The notes under the pieces are model-generated. The model did not search any database. It was not told where the DNA came from and saw only the letters and a program-made list of their open reading frames with translations. The position numbers were made by a program, and so were the translations under genes. DNA of 64,000 nucleotides from Myxococcota bacterium (GTDB lineage: Bacteria > Myxococcota_A > UBA9160 > SZUA-336): the NCBI GenBank assembly GCA_046757685.1, contig JBHHYV010000002.1, positions 8,598 to 72,597 of the forward strand, read 5' to 3'. Below are positions 28,116 through 37,052 of the stretch, piece by piece. Every line of letters begins with the position of its first letter. Positions within the stretch are counted from its first letter, which is position 1.

Positions 28116-29338
28116 GGCACCCTCAGCTGTCCGCCGGCGATTCCGATCTCGGGCACGTCCCGAAGGAACTCCCCGCTACGCGCGTCGAGCACCGCGAGCG
28201 TGGCGGGAAAGCTCGACTCCAGGAGCAGCAGCGGCTCGGGATCCTGGGTCACCACGATTCGGTCCGCGCCCGGGTTGGGCAGGAGCGCGCCCAGCAGCCA
28301 GCGGAGCAGTCCGTCTCTCCACCCCTCTGAGTCCATCCCCATCGCCCGTCCCAGGAACAGAACGGTCGGGTTCGGAGCCGCGATCCGCAGCTGGCGCCGG
28401 CGCGTCGCGAGGTCGTAGCCCCAGACCTCGGTCCCGGCCTGCTTGTGCGTGTCGGGACCTCCGCGATGGACCAGCACGAAGAGGCGCCCGGAGGGGCCGT
28501 GCACGGCCAGGTGCTGGGCTCCCCCGATCCTCCAGCCCGCGGGCCCGCCGGCCGCCTCCATCAGCGACCAGGGAGCGTCGAAGCGAAGGGAGTCCCCGGA
28601 GACGTCGACCCCGTGGATCACCCCCTCGAACGACACGAAGAGCCAGCGGCTCCCCCAGCGCGCGGCCTTCTCGGTCACGGGATCCCCGATGGGGTCGAAG
28701 AAGGGCGCGGATCGTCGCTTCGAGACCACCTGTCCGTGGGCGTCGAGAGAGACCGTCAGGGCGGCGCCGTCGCCACACAGCATCAGGAAGCGCCGGGGAC
28801 CCGCGGCGTAGACCAGGCTGCAGCCTGGAGTCTCGACGCGTCCCACGAACCTGCGCTCGCGCACGTCGACGATGCTGAGCGAGGTGGCCGGAGTCAGGTT
28901 GAAGACCGCCACGAACCGGCCGTCGTCCGAGAGGGCCGCTGTCGCGACACCCGAGGCGTGCTCGGCTCGCTCGGCGGGGATCCCGATCTCGGCGAGTGGG
29001 GCGAGGGTCGTGGAGTCGTAGATCGTCACGACGTCCGTTCGGGTGCCGCGTGTCCCACGGGCGTAGTAGGTCTCGGGCAGGTAGATCTCGCCGCGCTCCG
29101 CCGAGAAGAGCGGCACGATGTTCCCGAGACCCGAGCTCAGCATTCCCAGGAAACGGGGGCGGTCGGGATCCACGAGTGCCGTGCGATGGAGGATCACGTC
29201 CTCCACCCAGACCCAGTGCGCTCCCGGGGTGCGCGGCAGCACCTCCACCCGCTGCGGCGAGAGCGAGCCGGGCTGCGCCAGCGCGCCGCTCGTCCATCCG
29301 CTCACGACGAGCGCGCACCCCACGAGCCATCGCCGCAT
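28112..29338 (-). CDS. mauB: TTQ-dependent amine dehydrogenase heavy (alpha) subunit, MauB/AauB family (7-bladed propeller)
   Basis: ORF 28112..29338. Signal peptide. Overall collinearity with MADH heavy chain (VFNLTPATS, CGDGAALTV, and GW/AYH blocks). Confidence 0.8.
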   Translation of the reverse strand: MRRWLVGCALVVSGWTSGALAQPGSLSPQRVEVLPRTPGAHWVWVEDVILHRTALVDPDRPRFLGMLSSGLGNIVPLFSAERGEIYLPETYYARGTRGTRTDVVTIYDSTTLAPLAEIGIPAERAEHASGVATAALSDDGRFVAVFNLTPATSLSIVDVRERRFVGRVETPGCSLVYAAGPRRFLMLCGDGAALTVSLDAHGQVVSKRRSAPFFDPIGDPVTEKAARWGSRWLFVSFEGVIHGVDVSGDSLRFDAPWSLMEAAGGPAGWRIGGAQHLAVHGPSGRLFVLVHRGGPDTHKQAGTEVWGYDLATRRRQLRIAAPNPTVLFLGRAMGMDSEGWRDGLLRWLLGALLPNPGADRIVVTQDPEPLLLLESSFPATLAVLDARSGEFLRDVPEIGIAGGQLRVP

Positions 29339-29440
29339 GACGCCTTCCGTCCCCCCCAGGCGACGCGATCATAGCCCGAGCGGGGGCCCGCTCGCAGGCG
29401 GGGCGCGAGCGGGGAGATGGGAGAGAGGCGACCTCCGGGA

Positions 29441-31798
29441 TCAGCGGAGCTGGCGGCGGACGGCCTCGATCAGCTCGGCGCAGGAGAAGGGCTTGCGGAG
29501 ATGGTCGTCATAGCCCGCCTCGAGGCAGCGCTCGCGCACGCCGGCCAGCGTCTCGGCCGTGAGCGCGACGAGGGGACCCGCGTAGCCGCTCTCGCGCAGC
29601 TTCCGGGCCGCGGTCCAGCCGTCCATCGAGGGCATCTTCAGGTCCATCAGCAGCAGGTCCCAGGGACGCCCGGAGGGCGTACCGGAGCGCGCCCGCTCGA
29701 GCCCCTCCGCGCCGTCCGAGGCGACGCCGACCTCGAGCCCCGCCTTCTCGAGAAAGGTCTGGATGAGCTTCTGGCACAGCGGATCGTCCTCGACGACCAG
29801 CACGCGGCCGCCGAGGCGACCGAGCGTGGCCGGCTGGCACCGGTTCGCGTGCAGCGAGCGCGCGAGATCCTCCGGACTCTCGAGCCGCTCCACCCCCTCG
29901 AGCGAGCCCGTGGCAACCGTGACCCGGAAGATGCTGCCGCGGCCCGGCACGCTCGAGACCCTGATGCCGCCTCCCAGCAGATCCGCGAGCAGGACCGAGA
30001 TGGCGAGCCCCAGCCCCTCGCCCCCGGAGTCCGACCTGGAGGCCTGTGCGAGGTCGACGGGACGGAAGAGCCGATCGAGATGGTCGGGCTCGATTCCGAT
30101 CCCGGTGTCGGAGACCTCGACCCGCAGCAGCGACGGTCGGCCCTTCTCTTCCTCGAGCTGCGCAGAGACCGTCACGCCCCCACGTCGAGTGAACTTGATG
30201 GCGTTGTCGATCAGGTTCACCAGGATCTGGCGCAGGCGCAGCGGATCGGACTCGATCCTCGCGGGGAGAGGGCCGTGGAGCCGGGCCTCGAGGGCCAGGC
30301 CCTTCCGCTCGGCGATCCCGCACATCACCTCGACGACCTCCCCGATCACTGCGCAGGGCGAGAAGCACTTTCGCTCGATCGTCAGTCGATTGGACTCGAG
30401 GCTCGAGAGGTCGATCACGTTGTCGACCAGCGCGATCAGCTGGCGGGTGCTCCGGCGGATGGTCCGGGCGTGCTCGAGCCGCTCCGCGGAGCCCGCGGCG
30501 GGATCGAGGATCAGCTCGGCATGGCCCATGGCCACGCTCAGGGGGGCTCGGATCTCGTGGCTCAGGTGGGCGATGAAGCGCTGCCTGGCGAGATCCGCCG
30601 CGCGCGCCTCCTCGACGGCTCTCTTCAGCTCTCCGGCCATCGCGTTGAAGGACTCTCCGAGGTCGCGAATCTCGTCCCGCCCGCGTAGGGTCACGCGCGC
30701 CTCCAGCTGGCCCCGCTCTACCTGGCCCATGGCGTCGCGCAGGTTCCCGATCCGGCGCGAGACGTTGCGAAACAGGCCGAGCCCCAGGAGCACGGCGATC
30801 CCCAAGGCCGCTCCCGCCCCGACGATGAGCTCGCGCGTGACGCGCTCGATCGGAGCGAACGCCCGCTCGACCGGGCTCTGCCGCAGAACCAGCCATCCCA
30901 GGCCGCCCATCCGGGCCCACGCCGTGAACACCGGGACCCGTCCGTCCCCTCCCCCGCCGCAGACGAAGCCCCCCGAGGAGGCCGACGCCGCGATTCGATC
31001 CAGACAGCCGGGCAGCGTGACCTTGATGGGCGCTCCAGATCCGTCCGGCGGATCATCGATGACCCCGCCGCTGCGCCCGGCGAGGCGGAGCGTCCACCCC
31101 GACTCCGCCGCACCCTCGCGGTCGGCGAGCGTGCGGCGGGCGAACCCGATGTCGAGGACCGCCTTGAGGACCCCCAGGAAGCGGCCCTGGTCGTCGTCGA
31201 CCCGGATGCACAGCTCGGTCGACAGCGACCGGGCGCTCTCGTCCCAGCTGATGTCGCCGATGAAGATCCCCTGCTCACGAGCGCGCTGCCACCAACGTTC
31301 GTCGTCCTGGCGAAAGTCTGTCGTCATTCCCGTCTGCCCGACGTTGATCCCGAAGCGGTTGGTCACGAAGACCTCGCCGTAGACGCGGTAGCCCTCCTGT
31401 CGCTCGAGGGCGTCCGTCTCAGCGCGCAGGAGCTTCGAGAGGGGAGCCTCGGAGATTCGGCGAGCCAGGGATGGCGGATGCAGGGGGTCGGCGCTTCGCC
31501 ACTCGCGATCCGCCGCGTCGATCCAGGATCGAAGCTGCGGGCGGCGCTCGGTCTCCTCGTTCGAGGCGACGAGGGCCTTCTGGAACTCCGGAGAGCGCGC
31601 GAGCAGCCGCCAACCCTGCTCCCGATCGTGCAGGACCCGTTCGATCTCGGCGATCGCCTCGCTCGCGACCCGCTCGGCGTTGGCCTCGATCGAGGCCCGC
31701 AGAGCCCGGCGCGCCAGGTGGATGGAGTAGCCGGCGACCCCCGCGACCAGCAGAGCGGTCAGCGAGATGGCGAGTGCCAGCTTGTGTCCGATCGTCAC
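29441..31798 (-). CDS. Hybrid sensor histidine kinase (periplasmic sensor domain-HAMP-HisKA-HATPase-REC)
   Basis: ORF 29441..31798. Two TM segments flank a periplasmic domain of about 280 aa. H-box HLSHEIRAPLS. N/G-boxes LIDNAIKFT, SDTGIGI, GGEGLGLAI. C-terminal receiver (VLVVEDDP...DLLLMDLKMP). Confidence 0.85.
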   Translation of the reverse strand: MTIGHKLALAISLTALLVAGVAGYSIHLARRALRASIEANAERVASEAIAEIERVLHDREQGWRLLARSPEFQKALVASNEETERRPQLRSWIDAADREWRSADPLHPPSLARRISEAPLSKLLRAETDALERQEGYRVYGEVFVTNRFGINVGQTGMTTDFRQDDERWWQRAREQGIFIGDISWDESARSLSTELCIRVDDDQGRFLGVLKAVLDIGFARRTLADREGAAESGWTLRLAGRSGGVIDDPPDGSGAPIKVTLPGCLDRIAASASSGGFVCGGGGDGRVPVFTAWARMGGLGWLVLRQSPVERAFAPIERVTRELIVGAGAALGIAVLLGLGLFRNVSRRIGNLRDAMGQVERGQLEARVTLRGRDEIRDLGESFNAMAGELKRAVEEARAADLARQRFIAHLSHEIRAPLSVAMGHAELILDPAAGSAERLEHARTIRRSTRQLIALVDNVIDLSSLESNRLTIERKCFSPCAVIGEVVEVMCGIAERKGLALEARLHGPLPARIESDPLRLRQILVNLIDNAIKFTRRGGVTVSAQLEEEKGRPSLLRVEVSDTGIGIEPDHLDRLFRPVDLAQASRSDSGGEGLGLAISVLLADLLGGGIRVSSVPGRGSIFRVTVATGSLEGVERLESPEDLARSLHANRCQPATLGRLGGRVLVVEDDPLCQKLIQTFLEKAGLEVGVASDGAEGLERARSGTPSGRPWDLLLMDLKMPSMDGWTAARKLRESGYAGPLVALTAETLAGVRERCLEAGYDDHLRKPFSCAELIEAVRRQLR

Positions 31799-31966
31799 GT
31801 CGGCGTCTCCAGAGGGGTCCGAGCTTCCGCCCGGAAGCCAGGACGCGCGGGCCCTTCCCGCTGGGTTCGGCGGGGCCCGCAGCGACCTTGAGAGACGCGG
31901 TGCACACGAGCGCCAGCGGCACCCGACCCCGCGAAGAGCGGATCCGGCGCCTCTCGCTCGGGACGC

Positions 31967-32419
31967 TCAGTCGCGAGCGGGATCGCGTGGATCGAGGCGC
32001 ATGATGAAGGGCCCTCCCATCCATCCGCGGAAGGGCGCGAGCAGCCGATCGGGGAGTCCGTACTTGGCGCGCAGAGTCGAGACGACGCGCGCCACCTGCG
32101 CCGGGTCGGTCACATCGGTGGCCCGCATCGGATACCACTGCCCTGCGATCTGCACCGTGATGTCGCGGTTCCGGACGATGTTCGCCCTCCAGCGCGTGCT
32201 GCCGGTCCGGATGTAGCCGTTCCCATCGACGACGGCGAGCCAGATCGTGGTCTCGCGAAGCGGGCCGTCCGGATCGTGCGTCCGCAGCTGGATGGTCTGC
32301 TGATCCGCCACGCGACCCCACTCGCCGATGCCGGCCGGGGCCGCCCCGATCGAGAGCGCGGCGAGCCCCGCGAGCCAGCACCCGAGAGCCGCAGCCCGTC
32401 CTGTCCGTTCGTGGACCAT
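31967..32419 (-). CDS. Secreted DUF385/nitroreductase-fold-like small protein
   Basis: ORF 31967..32419. Signal peptide. Similarity to the deazaflavin-dependent nitroreductase/DUF385 split-barrel (TTIWLAVVDGNGYIRTGS...VTDPAQVARVVSTLRAKY). Family assignment tentative. Confidence 0.45.
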   Translation of the reverse strand: MVHERTGRAAALGCWLAGLAALSIGAAPAGIGEWGRVADQQTIQLRTHDPDGPLRETTIWLAVVDGNGYIRTGSTRWRANIVRNRDITVQIAGQWYPMRATDVTDPAQVARVVSTLRAKYGLPDRLLAPFRGWMGGPFIMRLDPRDPARD

Positions 32420-32476
32420 CCCGGCAGTCTACCCTCACGCAGCCCCGGGCGGAGGCAGTGGAGATTCCGCCCCAAG

Positions 32477-32947
32477 CTAGCGAGAGCGCGAGGCGAGCTG
32501 GTGAGCCACGATGGTCCCCGCGACGATCAGCGCCAACGCCCCCGGTGGAACCAGCAGGATCGCGGGATTCGGATCTCCGCCGAAGACGACGACCCCCCCG
32601 AGCAGGAACCCGGCAGGCATCAGGACCGTCGCAGCGATCAGGGCGCCGGAGGCCAAGCTCCGCGCGGCGGCCGAGAAGCGGCTGCCCTCGGCCCGGAGCG
32701 TCGCCGCGAAGGCGAGGTTGACCAGCCCGAGCAGGACCCCGTGGGCGTGCGCGAGGGTCCAGAGCTCCCTGCGCGTGGCGTTCGCGAGATCGAGGTACCA
32801 GCCGACCTTGAACCCGTTCAGGGTCTCGAGGGTCAGACCGAGCCCGGCGAAGAGGGACAGCGCGACCCAGCCCACCAGCAGGTGGCGCCCGACGACGCCG
32901 TCCGGCCTCGCTCCCGTCTGCGTGCGCCCCGGAGCCCGAGCCGCCAT
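32477..32947 (-). CDS. Hypothetical integral membrane protein (4 TM)
   Basis: ORF 32477..32947. The ATG overlaps the stop of the upstream octaheme cytochrome gene (ATGA). Confidence 0.55.
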   Translation of the reverse strand: MAARAPGRTQTGARPDGVVGRHLLVGWVALSLFAGLGLTLETLNGFKVGWYLDLANATRRELWTLAHAHGVLLGLVNLAFAATLRAEGSRFSAAARSLASGALIAATVLMPAGFLLGGVVVFGGDPNPAILLVPPGALALIVAGTIVAHQLASRSR

Positions 32948-34794
32948 CAGTCCGGGTACCAGATGGGCCGCTCATCGCGATCGCGGACCAGCTGCGCGGC
33001 CGCGGCGTGATCGAAGCGGCCCTCCGGATCGATCAGCAGCCGGGATCCCACGCTGTGGCGCTTGGGATCGGCGGACCAGCGCCGCAGCACCGCCCTCGCC
33101 GCATCCTCACGCGCCGGGACCGGTCCCGCGAAGTCGTAGCGCAGGCCCGCGTAGCCGGGAATCTGACGCAGCGAGTGAAAGGCCACCGACCGATCGACGT
33201 CGTAGGGGTCGACGAGTCCCTGCGCCAGGATCGGCGGCATCCAGTCCCGACCCGAGGCCTGCTGTGCCGGCCGCCAGCCCATCGCCCAGGTCGCGATGCC
33301 GCGCTGGCCGGCCTCGCCGGAGAGCGCCCAGACGATGGACGCCGCCACCTGGCGATCGCGCTCGGCGAGCGGCGGCGGAGCCGTCCCGTACCACTGCTCG
33401 AGCCAGCGGGCCGTCCAGCTCAAGCTCCGGTCGAGATGGCACAGGTTGCACGCGTTGGGGCGACCGAGATCCACGCTCTCCTGCACCGTCGGGCTCGAGA
33501 CGCGATGGCTGCGCGTGGCCTTGTGGAGCCCGAACGAGGTGAAGGGCATGTGGCAGTGGGTGCAGGCCGATCCCGGCGATGGGGCCGGATGATGGGAGTG
33601 CCGGGCGCGCGCGCGCGCATCCGCGAAGCGAGCGTGGCAGGCCAGACAGGCGCGTCCCGTGCGCGCCCCGGGCCGGAGCTGATCGTCGGCCCAGACGTCG
33701 AGGGGCCGCGCATCGTCGGACCCGCGGTGCATGCGGTGGCAGGTCGTGCACGTGAACTCGCCGCTCGCAAAGCAGGGGGATGCGAGCACGTCCTGGTACT
33801 CCCGTCCACCGACCCGCAGCGCGCCATCCGGCCAGAAGCGCGTGACCTCGGCAAGCTGGTTGTGATCGAGCAGACGCACGCGATCGAAGAAGCTCGGGTC
33901 ACCCGGCCGATAGCTGGAGCCGCGCTCGAGCCAGCGCCGCTTGTCCTCGGGTCCCAGGAAGGTCCAGGGGCTGTGACACTGGGCACAGACCTGCATCTGC
34001 GCCTCGGGATCGAGTCGCCCCGGATTGACGATCGTGGGATCCGGGCGGTCCCGCACCTCGAGCCCGATGCGGCGCAAGGGGTTGCGATTGACCCGGACAT
34101 GCTCGCCGCCGGGACCGTGGCAGGCCTCGCATGCGATCCCGAACTCGGCCGCTCGCGTATCCACCCGATCGCCCATCGCCCGGGGCTGCCCCCGCACGGC
34201 GTGACAGCCCACACAGATGGTGTTCCACTCGCTTCCGCGCCCGTGCACCCGGGTTCCCGGGGGCACCAGCACGACCGAGTCGAAGGGCACCCAGCGCCGC
34301 TCGGCGACCTGCCAGGCGTGCGCGAAGAGGTCGATGCGTCGGCTCTCGCCCGACTCGAGCCAGTACGCCTGGAAGTGGTGCGAGCCGGTCGTCATCACCA
34401 CCCGTCGCTCGACGGCGGGAGTGTCCGCGGAGGACGACGTGGACCTTCGGACGACCCAGTACTGGTCTCCCCTTCGCTCGACGCGCACGCGCTCCCCTGC
34501 GTATGCGAGCTCTCGCCCATCGAAGCGGGCGAGGACCGAGTCCGGGGAGGCCTCCTGGGTCATGCGGCGGTGATAGGAGGCGCGCCAGGTCGCGTACTCG
34601 CGCGGATGACACGCCTGGCAGGCGCTCGAAGAGACGTAGCCATCGGAGTGGACCTCGAGGGGACGCGTCCGGACCTCGGGCTCGGAGAGGCGCAGGGGCC
34701 AGCGGTAACCCAGCGCGAGCAGGCTGCCGGTCGCCAGCAGGGCCGCGACCAGCACGAGGATCCCGACCCGGCGAGGTGTGGGATCAGCTGCCAC
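32947..34794 (-). CDS. Membrane-anchored octaheme c-type cytochrome
   Basis: ORF 32947..34794. N-terminal TM anchor. Eight CxxCH motifs: CQACH, CVGCH, CEACH, CAQCH, CTTCH, CLACH, CTHCH, CNLCH. Confidence 0.8.
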   Translation of the reverse strand: MAADPTPRRVGILVLVAALLATGSLLALGYRWPLRLSEPEVRTRPLEVHSDGYVSSSACQACHPREYATWRASYHRRMTQEASPDSVLARFDGRELAYAGERVRVERRGDQYWVVRRSTSSSADTPAVERRVVMTTGSHHFQAYWLESGESRRIDLFAHAWQVAERRWVPFDSVVLVPPGTRVHGRGSEWNTICVGCHAVRGQPRAMGDRVDTRAAEFGIACEACHGPGGEHVRVNRNPLRRIGLEVRDRPDPTIVNPGRLDPEAQMQVCAQCHSPWTFLGPEDKRRWLERGSSYRPGDPSFFDRVRLLDHNQLAEVTRFWPDGALRVGGREYQDVLASPCFASGEFTCTTCHRMHRGSDDARPLDVWADDQLRPGARTGRACLACHARFADARARARHSHHPAPSPGSACTHCHMPFTSFGLHKATRSHRVSSPTVQESVDLGRPNACNLCHLDRSLSWTARWLEQWYGTAPPPLAERDRQVAASIVWALSGEAGQRGIATWAMGWRPAQQASGRDWMPPILAQGLVDPYDVDRSVAFHSLRQIPGYAGLRYDFAGPVPAREDAARAVLRRWSADPKRHSVGSRLLIDPEGRFDHAAAAQLVRDRDERPIWYPD

Positions 34795-34929
34795 CGCGCC
34801 GCGAGAGACGGCCCGACGTTCGGTGCGGGCGAGGAAGCAGATCGCGCATCGCCCGAGACTCTATCGTATGTCCTGGGGCAGCGTCGCAGCGCGCTCGGCG
34901 GCGTCACCGGTGTGCGATGATCGGGCCTC

Positions 34930-36243
34930 ATGCACCCGGCGCTTCCCTCGCAGCCGATCCCGAGCCAGGTCGAGCACCTGACTCCGGAGTGGGTGACCTC
35001 GGCATTGCGAGCCGGCGGCTTCCTGGACACGGCGCGCGTCGCACGGATCGAGCGCGAGATCCTGGGACAGGGGGAGGGCTTCATCGGCACCATCGTGCGC
35101 CTTCGCATCACTCTCGACCGGCCGGAGCGGGCCGCACCGAAGACCCTGATCGCGAAGCTCCCGATCTCGATCGCCCAGAACCGGACACTGGGCGAGATGG
35201 GCGGGACCTACGAGCGCGAGATTCGCTTCTACCAGGCCCTCGCGCGTGACGTCGGGATCCGCACGCCCCGCTGCTACTACGCGGCGATGGATCCCAACCC
35301 GGCGGAGGGACACGAGCGGCAGATCGTGAGCTTCCTGGAGCGCCTTCCGCTCTGGCTGTGTCGACTGCTGATGAGCTTCTTCTTCTGGATCTCGCGCCGC
35401 AGCCCGCGGCGCTACATCCTGCTTCTCGAGGACCTGGCCCCTGCGAGGGTCGGAAACCAGGTCGAGGGCTGCTCAGCGCGCGAGGCGGAGTGTGCCGTGC
35501 GCGCCCTCGCCCGGATGCATGCCCGCCAGTGGAACAACCCCGCCCTCGAAGACCTGCACTGGGTGGCCCCGATCGACACGCTATCGCGCTTCTTCCACGC
35601 CATGTTCCTGCGCGCGCACGGGCGCTTCCTGGAGCAGTTCGGGCCCGTCTTCTCGCCCACACTTCCGGATCTCGCGGCCTGGCTCGAGCGGCACGCCCTC
35701 TCCCTGGTGCGCTCCCTGGCATCCCTGCCGCGAACGCTCCTGCACGGCGACTATCGCCTCGACAACCTCTTCTTTCACGAGGGCCCGGAGGGGCCCGAGG
35801 TGATCGCCCTGGACTGGCAGGTCGTCGCGCTCGGTCCGGGAGAGCTCGACCTGGCCTACTTCATCACCGGCAACGTCCGCGTGCACGAGGCTGCAGGCTG
35901 TGAGCGGGACCTGGTCCGCGCCTACTACGAGGAGCTCCGCACCCACGGCGTCGAGCGCCACGACTGGGCCGCGTGCGAGCGCGCGTACGCACTCTCGAAG
36001 GTCTTCGTGCTCTATCGAATGATGTCGGGACTCGATCTACTCGACTTCTACGACGCGCGAGGCCAGGCGCTGGTCGAGGGCTGGATCGCTCGCCTCTCGA
36101 AGCTGCTGCCTCACGACTGGGCGGCGCTCCTGGCGGACGCCCCCGGCCGACCCGATGCCCTCTCCACGCGCGGACGGGTCTCGCAGGGCTCCGCATGCCG
36201 CCCTCCGCTCTCGAGCGGGAGCGACGGCGGCGCGGGACGCTAG
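34930..36243 (+). CDS. Phosphotransferase enzyme family protein (APH/CHK kinase-like)
   Basis: ATG 34930. Brenner and catalytic loop LHGDYRLDN; D-L-D motif (ELDLAYF). Confidence 0.75.
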   Translation: MHPALPSQPIPSQVEHLTPEWVTSALRAGGFLDTARVARIEREILGQGEGFIGTIVRLRITLDRPERAAPKTLIAKLPISIAQNRTLGEMGGTYEREIRFYQALARDVGIRTPRCYYAAMDPNPAEGHERQIVSFLERLPLWLCRLLMSFFFWISRRSPRRYILLLEDLAPARVGNQVEGCSAREAECAVRALARMHARQWNNPALEDLHWVAPIDTLSRFFHAMFLRAHGRFLEQFGPVFSPTLPDLAAWLERHALSLVRSLASLPRTLLHGDYRLDNLFFHEGPEGPEVIALDWQVVALGPGELDLAYFITGNVRVHEAAGCERDLVRAYYEELRTHGVERHDWAACERAYALSKVFVLYRMMSGLDLLDFYDARGQALVEGWIARLSKLLPHDWAALLADAPGRPDALSTRGRVSQGSACRPPLSSGSDGGAGR

Positions 36244-36845
36244 GTTCGAAGTCTCGCCAGCGCCGGACGACCGCTGCACGCCTGCAGCCAGGTCTTGACC
36301 CGCGGATACGGGGAGAGATCCTGGCCGCCGAAGAGCGGCCCCCACGAGAGGATCGAGGCGACGTTCAGATCGGCCACCGTGAACGAGGCACCGACGAGCT
36401 GGTCGCGCCCCTCGAGCGCACGCTCGAGCGCGGCGAGCGGCCGTTCGAGCCTCTCTTCGCTCGCCGCCGCGACGGTCGCATCGCGCTGATCCTCGGGTAG
36501 GAAGGCCCGGTTCATCAGGATGTCCATGAGCGGGGGCTCGATCTCGGTCATCCCCCAGAAGCTCCACTGGACCGCCAGGGCCTGGTCCCTGTCGCTGGCG
36601 GGCCAGAGGCCCCCTCCGTAGCGGCGGGCCAGGTAGAGATTGATCGCCATCGACTCCCAGATCACGAACCCCTCGTCGTCCAGCGTCGGGATGCGGCCGT
36701 TGGGATTCAGCGCGAGGTACTCCGGCTTCTGGGTCTCGCCCGTTGCAAAGTGCACCGGGACGTTCTCGTACTCGAGCCCGAGCTCCTCGAGCATCCACAG
36801 ACAGCGCGCCGCTCGCGAGCCCGGCACTCCGTAGAGCTTGATCAC
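36240..36845 (-). CDS. Glutathione S-transferase
   Basis: ORF 36240..36845. Thioredoxin-like N-domain (IKLYGVPGSRAARCLWML) and helical C-domain. Confidence 0.85.
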   Translation of the reverse strand: MIKLYGVPGSRAARCLWMLEELGLEYENVPVHFATGETQKPEYLALNPNGRIPTLDDEGFVIWESMAINLYLARRYGGGLWPASDRDQALAVQWSFWGMTEIEPPLMDILMNRAFLPEDQRDATVAAASEERLERPLAALERALEGRDQLVGASFTVADLNVASILSWGPLFGGQDLSPYPRVKTWLQACSGRPALARLRT

Positions 36846-36950
36846 CGTTCCTCTCCTTCGGGGCCGCTGCCAGGATACACCGAATCCATGGACTCGGGCC
36901 TGCCGAGGGACGGCAGAGGGGCGGGCGCGCCGCTATACTCGGCCCCTCGC

Positions 36951-37027
36951 GGACGATTAGCTCAGCTGGCTAGAGCGCTGCGTTGACATCGCAGAGGTCA
37001 CTGGTTCAAGTCCAGTATCGTCCACCA
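36951..37027 (+). tRNA. tRNA-Val (GAC)
   Basis: GGACGATTAGCTCAGCTGGCTAGAGCGCTGCGTTGACATCGCAGAGGTCACTGGTTCAAGTCCAGTATCGTCCACCA. Anticodon loop TTGACAT. TATACT -10-like hexamer at 36934-36939 upstream. Confidence 0.85.
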
Positions 37028-37052
37028 GCCTCCGTCCCGAAGCGCGCGAAGC

